DNA from: Octopus bimaculoides
Lineage: Eukaryota
NCBI RefSeq assembly: GCF_001194135.2
Contig: NC_068991.1
Span: 22,298,869 to 22,332,618, forward strand
Reading direction: 5' to 3'
Length of the DNA: 33,750 bases
Shown piece by piece: positions 1-12,200 of this stretch; position 1 is the stretch's first letter, and every line of letters begins with the position of its first letter. Position numbers and translations under genes: made by a program. Below the pieces are notes generated by a model, which had not been told where the DNA came from, ran no database searches, and saw nothing but the letters and a program-made list of their open reading frames with translations.

Positions 1-176
1 TCAGCAACAACGCCAACAATACCCTAATTAACAACTAGGCAGATGAGGTAGTCTTAAATGTCTTGATCAGAGAGACGGTATAGTTCAATAAAACAATTAC
101 AAGGTTTGCAACATTAGCTATATGGTGTTGACAATAATACTGACCCAGTATTTGACTGGTCCCCTGAAAGGATTAA

Positions 177-406
177 CCCTTTAGCACTCAAATTATTCTG
201 TGAAATGTAATATTTATTTACATTGTTGTGAATCATGCACTTTGAGATTCCATTGTTGTGAATCATAGCTTTGAGATTCCAATAATGCAATTATTTGCTT
301 TTAGGATGATATTTTAGAGTATATGTGGGAGGCTGGATCTGGCCAGTTTGAACACAAAACAGGTCAGATATTTAGGCCAAATATGGCTGGCTTAAATGCT
401 AAAGGA
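177..406. mobile_element. piggyBac-type MITE (TTAA duplication, CCCTTTAGCA termini)
   Basis: TTAA|ccctttagca ... tgctaaagga|TTAA; internal 30/29-bp tandem duplication at 221-279. Confidence 0.8.
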
Positions 407-843
407 TTAAAGCCAAAATGTAAAGAGATATAACTGTATACATAAATGTATTTTTCTTGCTACTTTAGCTTTGTTCTTAGATCAGTAGATGGCAGAATTA
501 GTATAGTTTTAGAAGAAAGAGTATAATTAGTTGTATGCCCTTCAGTACTAATCAATTATTTCATTGACCCCTGGAAGGATGGAAAGCAAAGTCAATCTTA
601 GCTCCTGCATTTCAGATAGAATGTTTGGTCCTTCAAACACATCTTGGTGTATAATGTGACCTACCTTCTTTGGCTGTAGATTTTGGTCTAAAGAATTTGA
701 TTTGTATGCCAAAAAACGTAGTAACTAAATACCACAAGGACTTTTGTCCTCTCTACAATCCAATCCAATGAAAATAATGATAATGTTGGGGGGAAAAAAG
801 GACAAATAATGCTCTGTTAAGCCTCCATCAAAAATCTGCTTAC

Positions 844-942
844 CTGTCGTCCATAGAAATGAGTGTCACCTTTGAATGACCCTCGTGATCCCGTAAAGGA
901 AAACATTGGTAAAGGAACAGGTATAGGAACATTGACACCAAC
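844..942 (-). CDS. ALDH6A1: ALDH6A1 exon 14, [33 protein letters not shown]
   Basis: 99 nt; ttcag acceptor, GTAAGC donor. Confidence 0.97.
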
Positions 943-3255
943 CTGAAAAAGATATAAATTTTTATATATATGATATGTCAATCTGACCAGATCACCTCCT
1001 CATACGCCCCTTCACCTCTCAAAGATTTCTTGTCTTGCAAAGTTACTTGGTGACCCTTCAAGTGCAGGTGCCACTTAAAAATGCACCCAGTCCACACTGT
1101 GAAGTGGTTGACATCTGGAAGGGCATCCAGCTGTAAAAAACATGCCAAAACTGACTTCGCCTGTACAAGTGTCACATAAAAAGCACTCAGCCCACTCTGC
1201 AGAGTGGTTGGTGTTAGGAAAGGCATCCAGATGTAAAAACCATACCAAAACAGACACAGAAGCATAGTGCAGGCTCCTGCCTGGCCAGCTCCTGTCAAAT
1301 TGTCCAACCCAAGCCAGCATGGAAGGAGGACGTTAAACAATGATCATGATAGTAATAATAATCCATGGATGTAATTTATAAATATTTTAATGCATTGCTA
1401 CACACGTTTCCACAAATCACATGTAACTTAAGATCATAGTCCATATTCCTGGGATGATTACAGTACAGTCCATAGTACTCATAGACATTAGGTGGATCAT
1501 ATTCATGCATTCATTTCTTTGGGCAATATGACATAATAAAATAGGAGCTTTCATATGCATATTCAAAATGTTACCTGTAAACAAACTTAAAGTATGTATG
1601 TCGGTATGTGTGTACATCAAAGCTTTACCAAAATTAAAAAATAAAGATATAGATCATCCTCACCTGTCCAACATCAATTTCATTTACATATTTGCGTGCC
1701 GTAGCACCATTAGTGGTGAATATAGCTGTTCCGTTGCCATAAGGGTTTTTGTTAATGAATTCTATGGCTTCATCAAGGGTGTCAACACTTAAAGAACATA
1801 AAACTGGACCAAAGATTTCCTCCCTGTAGCATTTCATATCAGGCTTTTAGCAATAAGAGAAATAAAGAGAGAGAAAGAAAATTAATAAAGACAATGATGA
1901 TGAGAAGGATAGATGTGTGTGCGTGCGTGCGTGCGTGTGTGTGTGTGTCGGTATATAGGGTAAATTGCTACCATTTTATATTCTTAATTTCACACATGCA
2001 CATTGTTTGTTTTTGTCAACTACACAGTATAGAAGGGTCAGTAAAGGACTGTCTGTGAGAAAAACAGCACCATGGCACAATTCACTCTGCTTGAAATTTG
2101 GAAACAATATGCTGTACTGCTTGGCATTCACACCGGAAGCTCCAATACAAAAAGATGGTGAACACACAGAACAACAGTTGGCTTGCCATGGAATCAAAAC
2201 ATGCTGAAAATGATAAAAAATCAAGCATCCAGTCAACATCATGCTGTCTGGAGTGATCACTAGTGATGGTAACGTTATGTCTCTATTCATCTTCCAACAA
2301 TGGCCTCAGACTCAATACAGAGGCCTTCATCAAGTGCTTGGAGGAGGTAATGCTGTCCTGGATCTAGAGAGTGGCTGCTGGAAGACCCTATGTCTAGCAC
2401 CACACCACACAAGCAGAACACAATCATGGCTGTCAAACAATTTCCCCCAAATCTGACCACCTAACTTCTCAGACTGCTACCCTCTTGATTATTATGTGTG
2501 GGGCACAGTTGAGCAAGAGATCAACAAAACACCTTGTAAAACCAATGATGAACTGAAGGCAAAGATTATGGCAGCATTCACCAATTTAAACAAGGAAACC
2601 ATCCAGACGAGTTTCAGAAGATTCCAAAGTCATCTGGAGGCTATGGTTGAAGCCAACGGCAATTTTATTATATAAATTTACTGTTTAGTATTTCAAGATA
2701 TTTTTATGTAATTTGGGTAAATATATCTGTTAAGCTGAAGTGAGATCGCAGCCACACATGTCTAGCCCAGTTAAGAGTCTCCCTGATGCATCGTGCAATA
2801 TATGCTTGAGAAGACCTGTTGAGTCAAGTAAAACCAATATCATAGCTATGGCCAGTGCCCCCTGACTGGCTCCCATGCCAGTGGCACATAAAAAGCACCA
2901 ACCAAACGTGGCCAGTACCCTCTGACTGGCCCGTGCTGGTGGCACGTAAAAAGCACTATCCGAACGTGAAAGATGCCAGACCCACCTGACTGACTTCTGT
3001 GCCGGTGGCATGTAAAAAGCACCCACTACACTCACGGAGTGGTTGGCGTTAGGAAGGGCATCCAGCGGTAGAAACATTGCCAGATCAGACAGGAGCCTGG
3101 CGCAGCTGCTGGCTCTCCAGACCTCAGTCAAACCATCCAACCCATGCCAGCATGGAAAACAGACATCAAACGATGATGATGATTATGAAAATGAAATGTC
3201 AATATTATTTTCATTTTTGCATAATTCAGATGACAATATATTCACTGCACCCTAT

Positions 3256-3294
<39 letters not shown>

Positions 3295-6200
3295 NNNNNN
3301 NNNNNNNNNNNNNNNNNNNNNNNNNNNNNNNNNNNNNNNNNNNNNNNNNNNNNNNNNNNNNNNNNNNNNNNNNNNNNNNNNNNNNNNNNNNNNNNNNNNN
3401 NNNNNNNNNNNNNNNNNNNNNNNNNNNNNNNNNATATATATATAAAATAAAAGTAGTTAGAGTAAATCCTAGCTGTTTCCTCTTGAAGCACATTTGCTTA
3501 TTCCATTATTACAATCCAATATGTAGTCTCAGTTGCTGCTGTATGTCAGTCAAAATACATTAAAATTGAGAATTATCTAAATATTTGCAGAGTTATTGTA
3601 TGACAAAACAGGAAGGTGGAAGCAAAAACGAATTCTACATTGCTTTGTTAGATTATGTATGTTTGTAAAGCATTAGAAATATTCACACCGTAACATTGTG
3701 AAGGATAGAGGGCCCCACAAAGTTTCCCTTTTCATATCCAGGGACTTTGATATTTCGGCCATCTAGCAGAACATCAGCACCATCTTTAGCACCAGATTCG
3801 ATAAGATCACAGACACGATTCTTTGATTCAGGAGAAATTAATGGTCCAAGGTCAGCACCAGGTTCATGACCTAAAGAAAAAAAATTAAATAAATATATCT
3901 ACAATGTCATATCAATGATGGGAACTTCTGTCTATAAGGAAATTCAGTACACTAGATACAGCTTGTCCAAATGTTAAACTTTAACACATTCTAATATGTG
4001 ATGACTCAAAACATGCTTGAGATGAGAATAAATATCACTTGCAAACTACCTTGTCAACAAATGACAGGGACCTTGTCTTTGTAGTTGGCGACTTCAATGG
4101 GCATGTTGGACAACATGCAGGGGACTTCCATGGCGTACATGGAGGCTATGGTTTTGGTTCCCACAATGATGAGGGAACCAGGCTGCTAGAGTTCTGCGAT
4201 ACAGATGATCTTATGGTTTGTAATACTAACTTCAGGAAACCTGCCAGCCACCTATTCACCTACCGATCTAGTGGACACACTAGTCAAGTTGATTACATCC
4301 TCGCCAGTAAACAAGAAAGATGGCTACTTATAAATGCCAAGACCTTCCCAGGTAAAGAATGCACCCCACAACATAGATTACTAGTTAGCAACTTCAGGAT
4401 CAGGGCTAAATAGATGCCCAGATGATGGCCAGCATGGAGAAGAAGGGTCTGGAAGTTTAAGGATCCTCTGAATTGACAGATATTTAGAAATGTATTACTT
4501 GAAGCTTTTGACAAAAAAGAGGAGGGTATAGCATCACATGATGTGGAAGACAACTGGAGGTTTCTGTGGGACAATCTATTGAGGGCTACTGACCAGATCA
4601 GTGGATTGTGCAAAGTCCCCTCTTGACCCAAGTTAACATGGTGGTGGAACAATGTAGTTGACAGGACCAAAGAAACAGGCATAGAAGAAACAGGCATTGG
4701 AAGAATGGTGGCAGCAGGGAATTGTATCAGATTGCCAGAAGGGAAGCTAGGAGACAGGTTTACTTAGCCAGAGGGGAAACAGATAAGAAAAAATTTGCCA
4801 ATGTTCTGCATCATGAGGACTAAAGACTTGAAGTGTTTCATGTTGCAAGACAGTGTGTGAGAGAGAATCGTGATGTCATAGGAGAGAAATGTGTCCACAT
4901 GGATGATGGCTCACTTGCATTTAATGAGGCTGCAAGGAGAGACTTGGAGACACCACTAGAAAAGGTTGCTAAAGGAAGCAAATGAATGGGAGAGTTCAAA
5001 ATATCAGCCCAACATAGGGACCAGCTATCTACCTTGGTAGATAAAGCAATTAAGGGTATGAAGACAGGGAAAGCCCTCAGCCCATCAGGAATCACCGCAG
5101 AGATGTTTGAAATATCTGGCGGTGTCAGCTATAGTTTAGTCACCCATATAGTCAATTAGGTGATACATGAAGGAGTCATACTCAATGACTGATGTAACAG
5201 CACCATAGTCAACTGTTACAAAGGTAAAGGTGATGCATTAGATATGAATAATTATACAGGTATCAAGTTGTTGGATCAGGTAATGAAAGGCATGGAGAGG
5301 GTCATAGCCCAACTAATTAGGGAGAGAGCCAGTCTAGACAAGATGCAGTTTGGGTTTGTGCCAGGGAAAAGCACCACTGATGCTGTATTTCTGGTAAGAC
5401 AGCTGCAGGAGAAATACCTAGCCAAAGATAAACCTCTGTACCTGGCTTACATTGACATGGAGAAAGCCTTTGGCAGGGTCCCCCAATTCCTTATCTGATG
5501 GTCAATGCGGAAACTAAGGATAGATGAGTGGTTAGTGAGAGCTATGTACAGGGATGCTGTCAGTAAGGTGAAGGTTGGCAACGAGTACAGTGAGGAATTC
5601 CAGGTAGGAGTAGGGTTCCACCAAGGATCAGTCCTCAACCCCTCTTATTCATCATAGTCCTCCAGGCAATAACACAGGAATTCAAGATAGGATGCACCTA
5701 GGAGCTTCTCTATGCTGATGGCCTTACTCTAATAGCTGAGTCACTATCAGAACAAGAGGAGAATTTTCAGGTGTGGAAGCAAGGTCTAGAATCAAAAGGT
5801 CTTAGAGTCAATCTAGCAAAAACCAGCAGACAAACTACAAATCCCTTCAGGTAGATGGCCCTGCTCAATCTATAGAAAAGGCATAAGATATACCTGGTGT
5901 AAGCTATGGATGCATAAGAGGTGCAGCAATATCAAAAGAAGGCTAACTGGGAAGATAGTTTTTGTGTGTGGCAAATGCTCAGGGGTAATAAACACTGAAA
6001 ACACTGTCCAGAAAACAGCTTCCATCACATGCCAGGGAAAAACTACAAGTAGTTGATAACTTCCGTTACCTAGGTGATGAAGTCAGTAGTGGGGGTGATT
6101 GTTCTGCGAGTATAGCTTCTAAAATAAGAATAGCCTGGGCAAAGTTCTGAGAGCTCCTACCTCTGCTGGTGACAAAGGGCCTCTCGCTCAGAGTAAAAGG

Positions 6201-9200
6201 CAGACTATATGACATGTGTGTAAACAGCCATGCTACATGGCAGTGAAATATGGGCTGTGACTACTGAGGACATGCGTAAGCTTGCAAGGAATGAAGCTTG
6301 CATGCTGCGCTGGATGTGCAATGTCAGTGTGCATACACAACAGCGTAAGTGCTCTGAGAGAAAAGTTGGACATAAGAAGGATCAGATGTGGTGTGCAAGA
6401 GAGACGATTGCACTGGTATTGTCATGTATTGTGTATGGATGAGGATAGCTGCGTGAAAAAGTGTCACACCTTAGCAGCAGAGGGAACCTGTGGAAGAAGT
6501 AAACCCAGCAAGACTTTGCATGAGGTGTTGAAGCACGACCTTCAAACAATGGGCCTCACGGAGGCAATGACAAGTGACTGAGACCTTTGGAGATATGCTG
6601 TGCTTGAGAAGACCCGGCAAGCCAAGTGAGATCATAACCATGGCCTATACCAGTGCAGCATAACCAGCCCATTGGCAATAAACTACGCTTGCAAAGACCT
6701 GTAGGAGCAAGTGAAGTCGTCATCATGGCCGATTACAGTACCGCTTGATTGGCACCCATGCCAGTGGCATGTAAAGAGCACCATTCAAGCATGGTCGATG
6801 CCAGTGCCACCTGACTGGTCCTGTGTCAGTAGCACATAAAAAGCACTATCCAAATGTGATCGTTGCCAGGCCTGCCTTACTGGCTCCTGTGCTGGTGGCA
6901 CATAAAAAGCACCCACTACACTCTCGGAGTGGTTGCCATTAAGAAGGGCATCCAGCTGTAGAAACATTGCCAGATTGGATTGGAGCTTGATGCAGCCTTC
7001 TGGCTCACCAGCCATCAGTCAAACCACCCAACCCATGCCAACATGGAAACTCTACACTCAGTTACACAATTTGGAGAGTGTGGATAACACAATCTTTATG
7101 CCATAGAGCATTAAATTTTGAAATTCAGAAAGTTCAATTTCTACACCAGATCACACACAGTTTTAATTTTTCATGAACATATATTGTTCTCAAATTAAAA
7201 TTACAAATGATTTTGTTTTTAAAAAGGAGACAAAAAAAATCTGATATAAAAGAAACATTCAAAATAAAACAAATTATAACTGAAAAAATATGAATTTATT
7301 TACCTGCATTAACTTTCAGTTTTTTGGCCTTTTCTACTAATTCTGAAATCCATTCCTTGGATTCTCCAACAAACACTGCAGTTGTTAATGCCATGCATCG
7401 CTGACCAGCTGCACCAAATGCAGCGCCAACAAGCTACAAGAAGAATTAGGAAATAAAACAATCAGGAGTGGAGGAAGGTGACTGTTGTGTGAGAATTTTG
7501 CATAACATGGGAATTATTCCATTTGAACAATGGTAATGCAATTGTAGTGTAGCAATAATGTTGCCTATGCAAATGCTACCACTTGTGGTATGGAAACACT
7601 GCTGCTTGTAGTGCAGGAATTCTGCCAGTCTTAAATTAGAATAATGTCATTTGCCGATCTAGGATAATATTTGAAAATCTAAGAAAATCCCATTTGCAGA
7701 CTGGAGTAAAACTATTTTTAGATTGGGATAATACCATTTGCAGATGAGAATAAATACAAAGTCATATGATATCTGTTCTAGCTCTTTATGTTGAGAGTTC
7801 AACAAGGACTTTTGTCCCTCTGCAGTCATTAAAGTACCAATCTAGTTTTGGTGTCAACAGCATCAGCTAACCCCCAACCATAAAAAATTGCTGACCTTGT
7901 ACTTGAACTAGTACAATTATTATTATTTTTGGGCCGATGGAATGGCAGAATCCTTAGTACATTGAGCAAAAGGTCACACAATATTTCAATCAACTCTATG
8001 TTCTGAGTTCAAATTTGGCCACACTACAATTGCATTACCAGGGTCAACTTTGTCTTTCATCCTTTCAGAATCAATGAATTAAGTACCAGTTGAGCACTGG
8101 GGTCTATGTAATTGCCTTGTGCCTATAGTAGAAAGGATTATTATTATTATTACCTGGTTTAATGTCATTTCTTTGTTTGCATCAGGCATGATGACACCAT
8201 GATTCTTTGCTCCCTGAAAAGAAAAGAAATTAAGAGATTTTAAACAAAAACAGAGCAAAAAAATTCTTAACCACTCAGCCACTATATGCATATCTCCATT
8301 AATAAGACTGATGATGATGATGATTGGCAAACAAACTAATTGAAATATAGTGTAGATGTAAATATTGAAAAAAATTTTCATTTCTTATAGCTATGATTCA
8401 CACACACATACACATTAAAAAAAATTATTTTAAGAACTTGTTTAGAATCCTGTTTTATTAACCATTTTGAATGTTTGTCATATAGGCAATATTATATGTA
8501 CTATATTGTTGCTTTTGTCTTTAAGTACATTTTTTACTAGAAAATAATATGTATCATATATCATACGTATATACTCAGTGTGATTCCATTTCATAAGCTT
8601 TATTAGATTTCAGCATTCTTATCCAGTCAGTTTGTTCATTTTTTCCAGAACCAAGATGAGAAGGCAAACATAATATCAGATTGAAATCTAAGTATTATAT
8701 CTCAAGTCATTTGGATCTCTTTCTGACTTACTACCAGATTGATGTAGGTGACATTTCAAACACTAAAAAGCAGTCTTGTTTCTTAAGTTAAGAAGAAACA
8801 AATAAGAAACATATGGTTGTGTTAGGTTTCACTGGAAATCACTAAATGATTGTACAGTGGTTCGTGATGATATTTCATATTAAAAAAAAATCTTAACATT
8901 CATCCACCATATTGACAAAAAAAAAAAAAAATTAAAAAGAAAAACACAAGGGAGAAAATGAAATTGAAGCACAGGAAATAAGATTAAAGAGTGTTGAGGT
9001 AGGGGCCTTGAAATAAAGCATTAGAGGAAAAGGGCCGTCAAACAAAAGTTCATTGAGTCAAAGAATATAGGAGAAAAATTTGTAGTAAATGCCATAAGAA
9101 TAAAACAATATAAAACATTGGAATGGAGGAATTAAATTTTATTGGAGAAAAAATTTGACTATTGGAGTTGGGAGACAAGTTTACTGGAATGATAACTGGA

Positions 9201-12200
9201 AGAATATAAGGCTTTACACTATGAGAAAAAAATTTGTTAAATGAAGAAGTCATCATTGAGAATCATCTATAATAGGTTTCCAGATCTACAGAAAATAGCT
9301 GAGTTTAGCTTTTGTCCAAATTAGGTAAAGATAGGGACCTGTTCCAAGAGCATAACAATATAAGTGATGACCTAGAAAGACATAAAATTTGGTTTTGCTA
9401 ACAATGCACCATACTCTTGTATGTCAATAAATAGCACATAAAAAAGCACCATTCGAGTGTGGTCATTGCCAGTGCTGCCTGACTGGCTCCCTTGTTGGTG
9501 ACACGTAAAATGCACCCACTATACTGCAAGTGAGTGGTTGGCATTAGGAAGGGCATCCAGCTGTAGAAACTTTGCCAGATCAGATTGGAACCTGATGCAG
9601 CCTTCTGGCTTGTCAGCCCTCAGTCAAACCATCCAACCCATGCCAGCATGGAAAGCAGATGTTAAATGATGACGATAATGATGAGTAAAGGCAGTCAAGT
9701 GTAAAATATTTGCAATAAGATATGATTACACAACAACATCAAATTTCATTACAACAATGACAGACATGTTTAAATCTAGGAGATACAGATATACTAAATC
9801 AACAGTACATACATGCTGACAGACATATTGACACACATTCAAAGTCAAACACATTACACTAACAACACACACACACACACACACACAGAGTACTTTGAAA
9901 GAAAAAAAAAATAGAAAAAAACTAACTCACCATATTTGATTGAACTCTCTTGCCATTTTTGGTTCCCCTGTCATAGATGTAATTACCCTGTTACAGAAGA
10001 AACAGAAAAAAAAACACCTATTTTATTACATAAAAGATATCAAACTGTATGCATGATTTTATTTCACTTGCCAAGTAAAACTCACCTCTCACAGGTCTGG
10101 GTGAAACTAAATAAGACTTTCTACTGGATAGTGGTCTATAGTATATCCTGTCACCAGTAGTTTGTATTGTGTCAGAAACATTGTAAAACTAATTTCTAAT
10201 AATGTTAGAAACAAAATTTCTAACATTGGTTATACACACAGAAATTCAAAGAATCATTTTTAACTGAAATAAACAAATTGAACAGTAAAATAAATTTTTA
10301 AAATCTTTACATGCCATATATACAGATCTCTTTATATGCACAAATAGTAACTTACAGCTTGATCTGATCCTACAAAGGATATAGCTCTAATATCAGGGTG
10401 ATCACAGATAAAGTTTACAGCTGAAAATATAAAATAAAAACTTTCAGAAAAATTTTAAAATCTATTCATTTCTTTTTAACTGTTTTACATCCATTTTAAA
10501 AAGCCAGCATGAATAGAATGGGCTTTGCAAAATTTTATATATTTCCATTTATTGAAACAATTTGAGGCATAGCATAGCTACAAGCATGGATTTGTGATAA
10601 AATACTTCATTTATAGGTTAAGGTTATCATTGGTTTCATGTTAGAGGAAGTTCCTCAATAATTATCAAGTGTATCACATGGAACATCGGTGTTCACCTCC
10701 ATGACCCATGTGACAGGCTTGATAACTGTTGAAGGACTTCTCTTAACATGAAACCAACAGTAGCCTTAACCCATTAATAAATATATGTGTGTATATATAT
10801 CCTGAACTACAAAAGAAATGTCACACTGTAAAAGATTACTTGTTTCACACACTATTGAGATTATATGGATTTATCGCATTTCTAGGTAATCTGACATCAG
10901 ATGTCACTGACCTACAACACCACTCTCTTTTGAAAACAAAAGGATTGCATGAGGGGTTCAAACTCGTTCACTTTTCGTGAACATGGTAATGCTCATGAAC
11001 ACATCTTTATGAAAAGCATGATGCACATGCAAAACGTTGACTCATTGGGTATAAAAGGCACCCAAATTTACCAGCCTGTCATTCATTTCCTGAACGCAGC
11101 AAGCATACCAAGACTGACACAAAATCAGAGGGAGCAAGCTATCGGATGTCTTCATGCTGATCAATGTCCATGGGTCATTGCTAATGACTTGAACTGCAGT
11201 ATTCGGACAACTGAGCGGCTGAGGGTACGATACAATGCCACAAACAACAAGGACGATCAATCATGCAGTGGCCAACCAAGGGTTACAATGGCACATCAAG
11301 ATTGCCACCTGCACTGACAGCACTTGCAGAACCAATTCTGGAGAGCAACAGAATCAGCCAGGCAGACCATAGGGATTCATCACAAACCTATTTGTGCAGA
11401 GACAGTTCACCACCAACTGAGATCTTTCAATTTGTCTTGTCAACATCTAGCTAGGGGCACCATCCTCACAGATCATCATCAACGGGCACGTCTGCAGTGG
11501 GCTCAAAAATGTCAGAACTGGCAGTATCAGCAGTGGAGGACTGTAGTTTTCACTGACAAAAATCAATATTGCATTTCTGTGGTAGATGGAAGAGCTAGGG
11601 TTTGGAGAAGAAGGGGTTAATGTCATGCCGATGGCTGTGTGGTGGAGAGAGACTTCTGGAGAGGACAGAGCATCATGGTATGGGGTGGGATTGCACTCAA
11701 CCAGAAGCTTGGATCGGTGGTCTTCCAAAACATTGGCCAAGGCCAGGGCAATGTAGTAACCGCTGCTTGCTACATTGACCAAGTGTTGAGGCCTAACATT
11801 GTGCAATACTTTGCCTGTCATCAGAATCACATGTTCTAACAAGTCAATGCCTATGCCCATACTGCTAGGTTGACAACAGACTTCCTCCAACAGCACAACA
11901 TCCAGACACTGCCATCGCCTGCTCTAGGTCTGGACTTGAACCTCGTAGAGCACCTGTGAAGCGAAATCCAAAGAGGGCTAAATGACAGCCGTCCAAAGTC
12001 AACAACTGCGGCACAGCTCACTGTAATTTTTAACAGAGTGTGGGTTGCTATCCCCATGGCCTTCATCAATCATTTGGTGCATTCGATGTACAGAAGATAC
12101 CTGGTGGTAATCAATGCTAATGGTGGCCACACAAGATATTGAGTTCATCTCTTTGGATTCAGGACACTCCGTCATCATGTGACACCATGCGACATCAAAC

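Noticed and set aside
1-843. Final ALDH6A1 exon (expected GIxFYTQxKT...)
   Set aside because: No such frame found on the minus strand; it presumably lies left of the window.
1568-1792. Plus-strand ORFs antisense to exons (also 18568-18759, 13989-14174, 19882-20166)
   Set aside because: Shadow frames of real coding exons or microsatellites; no independent motifs.
3005-3070. GGCATCC core as an HDV-like ribozyme
   Set aside because: I could not build a convincing nested double pseudoknot by hand: P1 needs many wobbles and there is no clear P2.
4021-4034. 14-mer GATGAGAATAAATA also at 7743-7756, a possible target-site duplication of the RTE LINE
   Set aside because: The second copy lies ~700 bp beyond the LINE end and on the far side of exon 11, so it cannot be a TSD; treated as chance.
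9000-9420. Possible minus-strand LINE linker fragment ([11 protein letters not shown])
   Set aside because: Similarity too weak to support without a search.
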